DNA of 64,000 bases, taken from contig NC_087437.1 of the NCBI RefSeq assembly GCF_036321535.1, positions 76,944,001-77,008,000 on the forward strand, written 5' to 3'. Positions 1-12,700 of the stretch are shown here, one piece after another (the first letter of the stretch is position 1; each line of letters opens with the position of its first letter). The position numbers were made by a program, and so were the translations under genes. This DNA comes from Camelus dromedarius (Eukaryota). The notes under the pieces were generated by a model. It did not search any database. It saw only the letters and a list, made by a program, of their open reading frames with translations, and had not been told where the DNA came from.

Positions 1-2666
1 CTTTTCAGCATGTTGAATATATATATATATATTTCTATATATATATAGAAAAAACCCTCAAAATTCCATCTAGAATATATGTTTAAAATTTCTTAGGAGT
101 CTATTTAGAACCTTTTACTTACAAAATCCAAAGAGTTTTATTTCATATGACCTCTTTCTCCCTATATCTCTTTCACTATTTCTTTAAAAAAATTCTCCAG
201 ATATAAAAAGCTTCTTACTTATATCTATGCCTTTGATCGAAGATTTCCTAGCTGACACTGGCACACATATCTTCTAATTCTTTTTTTGACTCCCACAATT
301 TGTTTTAACATGAAGTAAAGAATTTTCAGTTTTCTTTTTTCTTTGTATTAATATCTAGCAACATCACCTTTGGACTCATCTTTCCTTCCTCCAGCCATAA
401 ATAGAACTTTTAAAAAATGTGTGATATGAGTCCACTGTGACATTGATTAAAAAAAAAAAAAACTCAGCCATTTATGGGGTATCTACCATGTGCCATACAC
501 TGTGCTAAGCTTTAAGCTATTTCTAAACTTTTATACAATCTTATCCAATGTATGTAATATTGAAGAATCGATAAGGATCCCAGTGACTGACTGTGGTATA
601 AGAAATCACTTTACATAAAGTTCAAAACTATTCTTTACCAGGAAACACAGCCATAAAATCAGAATTTAAGTTGATTGCTTATCTTTTCCTTAAAGAAAAT
701 AAAATTAAACAAAAATAAACAACAAACAATACTAGTGACAAGATCCTCAGATTATAGAGGATTTGTTACCATCCCCTTAGATGAAGGTCCTGAAAAGAAG
801 AGACAATATCATTTTTTTTTTCCTAGCTCCAGATGCTAATGTTGTGCTTGGCATATAGCTGGAGCTCAAAATACATTTGGAGATTAAATTCAGAAAATTT
901 AATGAGAATAAAATAAATTGTTATTGAGGTTTTCTTTGTTAAAGAAATGTATTTTAAAGCGCAATTTTTCATTATCTTTTCCTGCCAAAGAACACCATCA
1001 TACTATTAGAACAATCAAGTTTCAGTTTGAATACTTTTGAAATTTATCAACTTCTCTCCTTTGCACAAAAAAAGAGGCAAAGGTCATAGAAAGACTGCAG
1101 ATTTGTAGTGCCATAGACTTCTTTACGTTCATAAACACATTTCACTCTGTTCTGCATCTTCATAACCTAACAGTCTTGATTGGAAGCTGAAGTGCTGTGG
1201 CAAGAACAATTGTGTAATTAGAAGACAATCATTCACTCTGGCAGCACCTCGAAAGTATGGGCTTTAAAGAACAATTAAAATTTCTGTGTGTTTGATTGGA
1301 ATGTGTTTATCCTGATTAATAATTTACAAATATTCCTTTCTATAAACCTTCTCTGGGAAAATCTCAAAAACATTTTAGACTTCTAAAGGCTTTTAATTCT
1401 AAAATAATCAAAGTTATTACTGAACGTAATAACTCATTCCATTTTATTTCCCCCATGACAGGAGAATTGCTTTAAATAAAACATTCAATCTATCTATAGT
1501 TCTACAGAGAAATGATAAAAGTCAAAATAATTAAATTAGAAGATGAAAGTTTCAAAGGTGACATAAATTGAATAATCCTCACTTGCCAAAGTTGAGAAGT
1601 TTTAAAATCATGTCACTGATATAAAAGAAACAGGTCCATATTTGCTCTTTAGGGAAGACAGCTGCAGAGGTAATAACACCCAGCTGCCTGCCGTTGAGAG
1701 CATCTGCATTACTAGGACACTTGGATAATGAGATTCTGTACAAAAGAAATAGATGTTTTTTGAGAGAAGTCATGATGTAAAGTGGACTCTTAGCAAGACA
1801 TGTAAGAGAAGCTGAAATAAAATCCTTGTGGATTGTAGTGGTGAGGATATTTCTGGAATTAGAGCTCTCTAGTTGATAAATTTTTGGAACCTTTTTTAGT
1901 TGTAGTACTCATATGTCAACTTATATTTTTTCTGGGACCTATCATTTGCAAAGTGTTTTTAAATTTACCAAAAAAAAATCCTATATGATAAACAACTCAT
2001 TTCTTCATTTCAGACATTAAGAATTACAGGTTAAGAATGTTGCTTACACTCTGACAAAATTTTTTGCAAAAATAAGGGAATACGTGCCCATCTTCTTAAT
2101 TTTTTTTTATTATGGTATTATTTCCTGGGCCACAAATCCAAAACTTCACAATCACATTTCAATACCCTTTTACTGTAGAACAAACTAGTTAACTCCTTCC
2201 TAATTTCCCTTCATGAGAAATTTATGAATCCCTTTCAGTGAGTGCAGACTGATTGCTGTATCTGGAGATCTTGAATCCAGGGATCTATCTGAACAGGCAT
2301 GAGGCAGGCTGAAAACACAAAGTAAGATTTAAGTTTAAATGCAGTCTTTCATAAGTATGCTCTTAAGGGTTGTAATTCACGCAAGAATGGTGTTGAAAAA
2401 TTTCTTTTCTTTTAGGTTATTTCCATGATGATAGATTTGGTGATAATGTATTTGGTTTTCTGCACATATGCATTTATAACTATTTATATGTTCTGTATTT
2501 ATGAATGAAAAATTGAGTTTGGTTTTTTCTTTATACTCACGAGCCTTGTAAATCAGATCAGATGCCTGTTAATCAAATCTCACATACTCTATTCTATTCT
2601 ACCTCCCACTGCTCTATTGAGAAATAACTTTTAAAACTCTTCTTCCTAATATTGTTCTAATAGAAC

Positions 2667-2857
2667 TGGGGTTGCAGATTTAACAAATAAAAATATAGGG
2701 TACCTAATTAAATCTGAATTTCAGATAAATTATGAATAATTTTTGGATTAGTGTGTCCCTAACACTACTTGGGATATAATTATTACAAAATAATTGTTCA
2801 TTGTCCATCTGAAATTCAGATTTAACTGGGCGTCCTTTATTTTATCTGTCAACTCTT
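2667..2857. mobile_element. MER53 palindromic hAT-type MITE, full length
   Basis: Ends TGGGGTTGCAGAT...ATCTGTCAACTCTT. Internal inverted arms (TTAAATCTGAATTTCAGAT / ATCTGAAATTCAGATTTAA). 8-bp TSD AATAGAAC (2659-2666) / AATGGAAC (2858-2865). Confidence 0.9.
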
Positions 2858-2999
2858 AATGGAACCAATGGGGAATTAAAATGGTTTTGTCATTGGTTCC
2901 ATGTGTAATGAGTAATAGCCAGAAATAAGAGCAGAGTCACTGAGATGAGAATAAATTATCCCTGAATCTGATTCAGAATACCTTAATGAGTGAGTGATT

Positions 3000-3420
3000 A
3001 TTTTTTTTCCACATAGCTAAAAAATCAGAATAAGAAAAAAACAAATACAATATGATCAAGAATTCGGTAATGTCCCCAGTGACATGACTTCCTGATTGCT
3101 TTCATCTCTCTGCTGGGCAGCTCTCGGGCATCCCTTCTGGTGTGCAGGTAGCTACGGTAGTTCCTGGGTCACATCAGGAAGTGGCAATGTCCAGAGGCAG
3201 AAAAGAAACAATTTCTGCGTTTTTCTCTTATGTGCAAGGAAGTTTTCCCCAGAACCCCTGTGAAGACGTGACTTCGTGACCACATGCCCTCCTCTCCTCA
3301 AAACCAGTCATAGACGGGGGTAAGGGGATCATGCATTTTACTCTAATCCTGATACACCTGTGAAAGTCAGTTTCCCTTGATGCACAGGGAAGAACAGCAG
3401 ACCTGAAAAAAGTATCTTCT
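3000..3420 (-). mobile_element. Old MaLR LTR (MLT1J/K-like)
   Basis: Degenerate MLT1 motifs (GGGTCACATC...AATGTCCAGAGGCAGAAAAG, TTTCCCCAGAACCCC, CACATGCCC...AACCAGTCA). Confidence 0.65.
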
Positions 3421-4745
3421 ATGAGAAGATGATAAAAAGATAATGACACAACCACTATTTTCTGTTTCCTCTGTTGTGCTAAATTCAAGCATTCTCACTT
3501 TATATAGGAGAACCTTCAGGGTTCCTACAAAATTAGGTTTGACAACACATAAAATGGCCAGTCTCCTAGAGAAGCTGAATGTTTCCAGCTTTGCTGCGGT
3601 ATCTTCCAGGGATTCTGAAGAAAAAGGGAGTCTATACTAAAAAGCTGAGCTCATCGCTGAACCATTATTGTGAGAAAGGATATGTTTTAATGACGAGGGG
3701 AAAAGGAGACCAAACTTTCTTCCTGTTAGAAGTCTTAAAGAATCTTTCATGTTCCTCTAGAGCGGATCTGGGCTTATTGTTTAAGATCTTACTTCAAAGA
3801 CACCCACACAGAGCTGCAGGGAACTCAATTTATCTCAGTGGCAGCATGAAAACAATGAGTCACTGGTATTTGCTGAGAATCTGTGTTTTGAGATGAAAAA
3901 AAAAAAAAGAAAACAAAGACAAAAAGATATTCTTCTTTGTATTTCATTAACAGTTATTCTTAATCGTAAATAAGACTGCAAGTTGAAATTTGACAAAATA
4001 GATTGGAAATTGCATTCTTATACAGTAGATAGTCCTACTTTATTTGAGCTGAATGAATATTCTTGGCATTTGGAATAAGTAAAGTACCTATAATGAACTT
4101 GACTTACGAATGAACTGTTGTGTTTTTCTTTCTGGCTTTAGCTTAGTATTGAAAGTCCTTATATTGCAAGTTCGCGAGACTCTCATACTGCATTAATAGC
4201 CTAGTGGTGCTAAAGTGGTGAAAGGCACAGAATACGGAAAGTGAGCAGACACACACACATACCCTTGGGAAATCTTTAATCTAGCTACAAAGGCATTAGC
4301 CCTTACTGCTGGGAATAAATCCACTCATGACCAGTGAAAGCAAGGCTGGTTCTGATCCCTCACAATAAATTCCATCAGTTGCTACTCTGGAGGCGGGGGT
4401 GAGACAGAGGTGTTTTCTTGTGAACCATCAGGAAACAAGTAGCCTCACTTAGAATCTAAGTAAAAGCTGCAACCTTGGGAAATGCATCATGTTTTAGAAG
4501 TGGGGAACTGGGAGTGATAGGAATGTTGCAATGGCACGTATCAAGAGAATCACATTCTAGAAGAGTTTTAGAAATGAATTAAGTTCTCAGGCTCTATCCT
4601 ACACCACCCCAAAAATTACAAGTTTTAATACATATTTCTTTTGAGCTCAGCAACAAGAATATTAAAGAACAACTATGGCTTAATGGTAATGTTCCAGAGC
4701 ACCATTCATGTCTCTTTTTCTCTGAGTCTATATTTAGTAATTTTT

Positions 4746-4852
4746 TCCTTTATTTACTTAAAAACACTTTTATTATTATTTTTTTTAACAGAGGTACTGA
4801 GAATTGAATCCAGGACCTCCTGCATGCTAAGCATGAGCTCTACCCACTCCCC
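4746..4852 (-). mobile_element. Vic-1-type camelid tRNA-derived SINE (small internal deletion)
   Basis: GAGGTACTGAGAATTGAATCCAGGACCTCCTGCATGCTAAGCATG..CTCTACC with T-rich tail. 17-bp TSD TATATTTAGTAATTTTT (4729-4745) / TATATTTAATAATTTTT (4853-4869). Confidence 0.85.
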
Positions 4853-5559
4853 TATATTTAATAATTTTTAATTTTGAATGTTTTAAAATAGTTTTTCCCT
4901 CTAGTGTGGACTAAGTATCAGGATGACTGTCAGTTATATTTCTTGTAACAAATTAATGGATTAATTTGGCTTTTGTTGATTTCTGACGGTACTCTAGCCA
5001 CTAGAGACACAAAGGAAAAAGAGATGGGGTAGAACACAGAAGTGTGGAATGACAGTACCTTGTCATGGCTCTTCTGGAAGAACGATTGTTGCCTTCAGGG
5101 AGCTTACGTTCTTGTAAACATAACATGATTGTATATTAGTAACTGCAGTGAAGGGGACACACTTCCTTGTAACATAAACAGAGAGAGAAAAGCACCACAG
5201 TGTTACTAAGTATAACATGGCCTGGAGATTTTGTGGGGCTTTCTGGGAAGCCTTCATACAAAGTGTAATGGCTCTGGAGGGTGAGGGGACTGTTCTCAGG
5301 GAGAGAAGGTAACAGGAAGAAATGTGTGAAATAAAATATTCTGGTCTGTAAGAAATTCTGTATGACTGGACTGTAAGATATGGGTTGTTGAGCCGAGCTT
5401 AAAGGCCTTTCTGTAATCCAACTGAAAGATGACAAGACTATTGATTTAGTCAACAAATGAATGGAAAGTAGAAACTGAAATGAGTTGTCAATGAACAGAG
5501 TGTGGTCATCAAGGAAATGTGAACGATGAGGAAAATGGTAGTTCTTAGTATGGTTTAGT

Positions 5560-5935
5560 AAATATTTCCCATGTTCCTTCTAAACACTGTTTTTTTGTCA
5601 TCCCCCTGAAGTGAGGTGTGGCACTGTGACTTGCTTTGGCCAATACATGTGATGTGCATGTATTGCAGAAGCAGAAGTGATGTCCATTGCTTCTAGGTGT
5701 ACGCTTGTTAAACATGTTGAACTTGGCATGCTTTCTTCCCTTAGCTGTGGTGATCATGGAGGTGTGTGTCAAGGTAGACCATGTGAGCTCAGGCCCCCAG
5801 TCGCCTATGGAGAGCAGAGACCTCCTGCCAGCTCATGTGGAACACGTTTTGTGAGCAAGAAATAAACTTTTGCTGTGTAAAGCCACAGAGACTTGGCAAC
5901 TGTTACTGGCACAGTCTACCCTGCCCAACATGCAT
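5560..5935 (+). mobile_element. MaLR LTR (MLT1I/J-like)
   Basis: GTGACTTGCTTTGGCCAAT, GTGAGCAAGAAATAAACTTTTGCTGTGTAAAGCCACAGAGA, TGTTACTG. Confidence 0.8.
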
Positions 5936-7477
5936 ATCATCCAGAATTCCAGAGCACACTGTTAATGCACCAGCACTTGCTGACCTGAATAAACTCATTA
6001 TGTAGACTTGATTCCGTGCCTACATTTAGATTTTGAACAAGTTCTATACATCAAGTCTTACAGGCTAGCTGCTTATTAGGGTCATTGTTAGATGACCTTG
6101 TTGGAAGATGAAGGCCCATTTTTTTGCTGTTTTAAATCAGATTATAGCAGTAACAGGTACCAGCAAGAGAATATTTCAACAACAGAAGTAATTGGTACAC
6201 CAGGCAAACCTTTAAGAACATATGGATTCACACCTTAAAATCATATGTGGAATCTGCAATACTGGACACAGGGGATATGTAACAGTTTCCAGGAAAGGGC
6301 AGAAAAATGTTCCATTCTGATTGGAAGATGATAACTGTTGAGGTACATTGAGGTACATTGTCTTTTGTGTCTGCGCTGCAAGGTCAGTGAAGACGCAAAG
6401 AGCTGTGGAAAAGCATATTTTGTAGTTAACTCCTGTTCGAAAGTGAGTCCTCACTTTCGTAGCTTTTTCCCTCCTTTGGAGCTTTGTGGACCTGAGGTTG
6501 AGTCTGTCAGAGTAGAACACTTTTCCAGGGCTTCAGACTGTTCTTCAGTCTTGTCAGAGGATCACATCTCTTAGAGCAAACCCCTCTCTGAACCCCAGGA
6601 GTTCTGTCCCACAAGTTTCTTCAGGGCACCAACCAGCCACATTCAGCATGACTAATTTTTGTTCTTTATTGTTATTGTTAACATTGGCCCTTCCCTGCTT
6701 GGTTGCAGCACACTGCCACTGTTTTACAGTATTTTTGCTTAATCTTCATTTTAAAAATGAATTTTAAAAGAGCAAAGAAGTCAATGGGAAAGAAAAGACA
6801 GTTTAGTTACTAATTGAAGTTAAGCCTTCAGTGGCCCTCTTGGGACCCACCCATGATGTTGTCAGATCATCTGAAACAGTGTATTTCTAAATTATCTGAT
6901 GAGGTTCCACATATGAAATAATTTTTATCATCTACACAAATATAAACATATACTTAGATCAAAAATATGTTTTATTAAGCTGTATTTTTCCTTGCTGTAT
7001 GTTATAAACACACACACACACAGTCGTGGAGATCTTATGTTCAGCTGGTTATTGTACTTTTTTGGAAGGAAGAGGGGAAAGAAGCCACTACCTAACTACT
7101 CAGCATCCACCAGGTGACCCTGTCATCTGAATGCTTAGCACTGCTGTCCTGGAGCCACGTACTTACTTCTCCTTCTAACATAATCTTTTACATAATACTA
7201 GAAGCTTCTGCCGTTTGATTATCTTAGGACATGGAAACTCTGGCAAGGTGACAGTTTTATTGTTGCTGCTGTTGTAGTAGTTTTTGTTGTTACTGTCTTA
7301 GTTAGAAGAAATTTCTGTGTTCACAAGAAGAGGTAGTGCTACAGAGTGGACTTGCAGAGTTAAAAAGAAATCTCAGAGCTGTGAGAATTGTCAGAAATTC
7401 CAAGAGTGATGTCTAGGCACCCTGTTTCCCTCTTATATCCTGGAGACCTTTACAGCCTGAGACTTATATCCCAAGAC

Positions 7478-7702
7478 TCATTTTTCAAACTGTGGGTCAT
7501 GAAACAATAATGAGGCATAAAAAATTAGTGGGTCACGATCAGTTTTTTCCAGGAAATCTGGAAAACATAGAAGAATAAAATAGAATGTATTGTTCATCAT
7601 AAGGTAATTATTATATGATGAAACTTTTGTTTTATTATGCATACAGAGTCACAATGTAAAGTGTGTCCTTACTATTGTAGTAAAAATAGTTTAAAAATTA
7701 CT
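7478..7702. mobile_element. hAT-Charlie non-autonomous DNA transposon remnant
   Basis: TTTTTCAAACTGTGGGTCATGA...TTAGTGGGTCACGA...AGTTTAAAAATTACT with degenerate terminal inverted repeats. Subfamily uncertain. Confidence 0.6.
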
Positions 7703-7881
7703 ACATTTTAACAGTGATTCTTACCTGCCAGACTTTATTCTTAGTGGCTATATGTTAATTCACTTAATCCTCAAACCTGGTCTTACAATTTTCCCCAGTT
7801 TATACACTGAAGCACTGGGAGGTTGAGTGATTTGCCTGACTTTACAGAACTATTCAAACCTAAGTAGTTTTGCTCCTGAGG

Positions 7882-8240
7882 CATCTTAGCTCAGGCTGTC
7901 ATAACATATCACCATAGAATGGGTGGTTTAAACAACACACATTTATTTCTCACAGTACTGGAGGCTGGCAGTCTGAGACCAGGATGATTGGGACCTTGGT
8001 AAGTGCCCTCTTTCTGGTTTACAGAGGACTGTCTTGCTGTGTCCTCACATGACAGTAAGAGAGCTCTCTGGCCTCTTCTCATAAGGGCACCAATCCCATT
8101 CATGAGGGCTCCACCCTCATGACCTTATTATCTCCCCAAGGCCCCACCCAGATTACCCAGTGAGATGGTATTTCATCACACTGGGATTACATTTTTGACA
8201 TATAAATTTGAAGAGGGACACATATGTTCTGTCCATTGCA
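7882..8240 (-). mobile_element. MaLR solo LTR (MLT1A/MLT1A0-like), adjacent to a MIR at ~7720-7880
   Basis: ATTTATTTCTCACAGTACTGGAGGCTGG, ATAAGGGCACCAATCCCATTCATGAGGGCTCCACCCTCATGACCT, terminal GTCCATTGCA. Confidence 0.9.
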
Positions 8241-9708
8241 ACAGGCTAATTTCATAACCTGTAAGCTATCCGTATTAATCTTGGAGGACATTGAAAACGT
8301 TGTCCTAGGGGACCATTGACATTGGGCAGGAAGGAAAATTTCTTTGGAAAAAGAATGAGTGTAGAGAATGAATCGTATGGGCAAAAGTGGGGAATTCCAG
8401 GCATAGGTAAAACATGTATGGAGAAAGAGGTGATGGAAAAGGGGAAAAAATGGTAGGGAGAAATTGCAGTGCAGAGGGAGATATTTATGTAAAAAGTGTA
8501 AATGGGGATTGCTTGCTTAATTCAGCTGTTAGGAGAGGTCAGTCCATTCTAAACAATCATGCTGCATAGTCTTTAATTCCCAAAGCAGCTTTGAATATGA
8601 TCATCCTTGCTTCTATCTGATTTGGAATTTAGATCCTAGAATTTAAACGTCCTTCTTCCTTTGGAAACACTTTCACAATTTTAGGTTGGGGAATATCTCC
8701 AGAAAATCACTCTACCCTTATCAGTTCATTTTCCCCTTAGTCCTTTATTTATACCATTTAAAACAACTTCTCTGAAGTCACATATTTGCTGACCATTATC
8801 ATCCCCTCTGGCCAAACTAAACACATTTCAGTGTTTTCAGACGAGTTTATGAGTCACCCTCCTCCTGACATTTAATCATCCCTTTGCTATCTGTGGTACA
8901 CAGCACCCCAAGGACCACTGCTCTCACCACACTGGTCCATGTGGTTCAGACTCGCACAGACTCTGCCCAGTACTGCCAGTAACTGTGGAGCAGGAGAGAG
9001 GGTGGAGGAGAGGGGCCAGTGGCTGCATGATAGGGAGGAGGGACATTTGTGCTTCCAGTCTCTGGGGATCCCTGGGAAGAGTTACTACCTTTAAAAAGAC
9101 TCCACTTTAGCTGTCTCCCTTGAGACCAAGAGTTCCCAGCTTCTATCATCGAAGTGATTTCAAACAGATAGTGTTTCCTGTGGACTTTCTTGAAAATGTC
9201 TCATTTATTTGTCCTCCAGGACAAGAAGGGTAACTTGTTTCATCTTCCGTATATTTTTAAAAATCAAGTTAATTATCCCATTAGTAAAAACAGGTCATAT
9301 TCACATCTATTTAGAGACTGATTTCACACGCACACACACATGTGCACGCACACTAAATTCCAGACATAGTGGGAATGTATAAATTTCTTGGCATTGCCTT
9401 TTCTTAAATCTAAGAGAAACTTGCTAAAATTGTTTCTTTTATTAAAAGAAAATTTCTATGCTGAGTCCCTTCAAGAATGATATAATTGCATTTCATTGTG
9501 CTTTTAGAGATAAAACTATGAAATAAATATTGCGTGACTGAAAAATGTAGCATTTCTATTTCCAGAGAATTTATGGGAAAAGCTGAAGCTCTTTGGTTAC
9601 CGAATATAGTGGAAACAAACCACATCTCTTCCTAACAAAAAAGGACTCCAGCCGCTGCACCAGCAAAGCCACTGCAGCTGACTGTGGTTTCCCGGGTGTT
9701 GCTTATTC

Positions 9709-9727
9709 CGGACACTAGAGGGCAGTG
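9709..9727 (+). promoter_or_regulatory. CTCF core motif
   Basis: CGGACACTAGAGGGCAGTG closely matches the CTCF core (CCASYAGRKGGCRS). It lies in non-repetitive, locally CpG-retaining sequence. Confidence 0.6.
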
Positions 9728-12700
9728 GCGATTTATTCAACTCTCCGTGGTAACAAGGTGCTTAAAAATTCAGTGTATTGCCAGCATCTTTTCAACTTTC
9801 AATGGGCAGGAATGGAGTGGAAAATAACTGTTCAAAAGTCTGTATTTTGAGAGAGAGAGATTAAAAATTTTCTCTGCAGAACCTACCAGGAGAAAAGTAG
9901 CCAGTCTCTGTTAACATGCTGGTTAACGGTCCTCGTCCAATTGTCCTGGGTTCAGACTTCATCACTTGTTAGAATGAATGCCAGAAATGAAGTGTAAAAT
10001 AGGAGATGGTTGGTTCCAATCCAATGTTTGAACACACTGTTTTCCTTTTGACTCTTATTTTTGCTGTCACATAATGAAATGGTTCTGTCTGTCGGAAAGA
10101 CATTCTAGGCCACAAGCACTGATTAAATGGAATATGTTCATTTAGGCATAATGAGGCCAGACAAAGGATTAAATAAACAAGAGCAGTGAATGTGTAAGAC
10201 ACCTTCACAAACAGAGTTTAAAATAAAACAATAGAAACCCTAGTTATCTGTATGATCCATGTTCCCAATGCTTTGAGGCACAGGGGAAAAAATTACATCA
10301 GCGGCAGAAATAACTGAAAAAAAATGTACAGAGACACCAATATTTGATGTGAAGCATTGAGGAAAGCTACCAACTGAAAGCACCGACAATGAATCGATGA
10401 GATGTGGCCAGGATAATCACAGCAACAGTAGTCAGCGTCCACTGTGCAATCTGCTTGGTCCGTCATTGTTTAATTGTTTTCCCATCACAGGTTTTTTTTT
10501 TTTTTTAAAGTAATACATCCCTGAAGCTTATAGTTGGAGAATTTAGGAAGAGGAGCCTGTTTTCCTTTCAGAATTTCCTCTTGCCCAAATATGGTGGTTC
10601 TTACCACACACATGGAGAGAAGAATGAAAGGGAAGGCATTGCATGTCTCAACAGGAAGCACATCCTGAGGCCAGAGGTGGCTGTCTTCCTGCCGCAGTGG
10701 GAATGGGACCCCCTGAGGAACTGGGTCCCTGTGGCGCTGAAAGGCTGCTTGGTCCCCAGCCCATGCATCACTGCCGAGAGTAAGTCCACTGCAGTAAGAT
10801 CGTCTTCTGGGATACTGTACATTGTATGCTGTGCGGGTATGTAACGGTGAAGTTTATTGGGCAAAGTCACGTGGAGTCACGTGGGAAAGAGTGTCTGTCT
10901 GTCCAGGACAATAACTACTAACTCAGTGCTGCCTCTGGAACTCAGGTGCCACCTTCTTGCTCTCTAATAAATTAGTTTCTCCTAATCCCAATAAGCTTCC
11001 TTTGATCTAAAGACTTACTTGTTTTGCTACCTGGTTTCTACTTCCCGTCCAGATGACTGCACTGTTTGGTGACTTTCCCTCTGGTGTCAGCTTGAGGAGA
11101 TAATGGTTGTTTACTAACAGTGATCTTGGAAATAGTTTAACCACCCAGGAACTTTCACAGTTTATAGAAAGGGGTGGAGCAACTTACTCTACGTGATGTT
11201 ATTAGCGAGAGGATTTACCTTTCTTCTCATTAGAACTTATCTTCTGAAAAGTAGGTTGATGAAGAATCCAATATTATTAAAATGCACAGAGAATTATATC
11301 TGTAGTATATAATAGCTTAGTTTATGGAACACTTTTCGGTGGGTTTAGGCTTTAAACGGCGCGTGTACATACATATCATTAAAATCTTGGAGACAGTGTT
11401 ATTGAGGATGCCAGGATCACTGTAGGCTTGGAGGTAGTGTGACAGTTATGTTTTGACTTACAGTGTTTACATTTCTTTTATAAAGTGGCTGTACATTTCT
11501 ATTATAAAATGAAAATCCTCATAACTGTTTTATAAGCCTCTGCATATTCTTGTACATTTTTATGTTCAGTCACACACACACATTTATGACTGGAGCCAAT
11601 TTCTAATTTATTTTTCTGGAAAAGAGCTAATAAATTTTAAGCCATTTTTTTGTTTGTTTCTGAAATGACTTGACTTTAGTTTGTCATGATGAAAAGTGGA
11701 ATGGAGCTTATAAATAGCAGACTTCTTTCTTAAAATTCTCCTTTCTTTGAATAACACTATTTTAACTCTGTGCATATGTATTACTACACACTATTACATA
11801 CCTTACATATTTTAAAACTTTTAGAATTTATAATTTAAAGCACCTTAGCTCCCTTTAAAGACTTCTTCACTATTTTGTTTAAAGGTAAAATTCTTTTTTG
11901 AGGCAATCTTTTTTTCCAGTGGTAACTAGTTTAGAAATTGGGGACATTTTGAGTTTCTCCTGTTTACTATCAAAGATTTTATAGGACACATTTAGGACAT
12001 GATTCTTCTCTGATGACGGCTACTCAAGCTTCCAAATTCTACATACCTCAGGGTCAGAAGGTGGTTCCTTCTCATTTCTCCCAAGTGCTATTTTAAGATC
12101 ATTACTCTCTTGCAAAAAACAAAAGAAACAAACTCTATTCTCTCCAAGTATACACTATTGGCACCATCAGTTTCTTCCCTGTCTTTTTTCATGGTCATCC
12201 TGTACCATTCTGGCATCCAGCTCACAGTGAACCTCTCAGTTCCAAGTCCAGCCCTGAGGCCAGGGGACTGAAATTTCTACTTGGGCTCACTTTCTTGAAT
12301 GCTGTATATCCAGGACCTTCTTTCACCCTTCAGTTTTGGCCATCCACTCCGTTATGCTCTGGACCTTGCGTCATACGGAAATAGTTGATGTGACCTCCTG
12401 TTTCTTGACAGTGACCTCTTATCTTTCTAGTCAGTCAAAGATTCCTACTCCATCTTTCCTTCCTTCTGAAATTTTCAACTTTTTCTTTAGCCATCAATCT
12501 CCTCTTATTTTGACTTCCATCCCAAATCAGTTTTGATTCTATAATCCACCCATGAAGTTTTGTTTGTTGTTGTTAATATTTTAGATTCCTTGGTTGGTTT
12601 TGTCCTTTGGAAGCCCTTCTTCAGTCCATTCTTTCTGCTCTTCCCTCTTCCTGAAAGACTTTCAATTCTTTCACTATCCCTCTCTGACACATTCTTAGTC

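Noticed and set aside
2239..2321. Exon-like segment (CCCTTTCAG ... AA|GTAAGA)
   Set aside because: It has stops in all three frames and only a modest pyrimidine tract, with nothing else supporting it.
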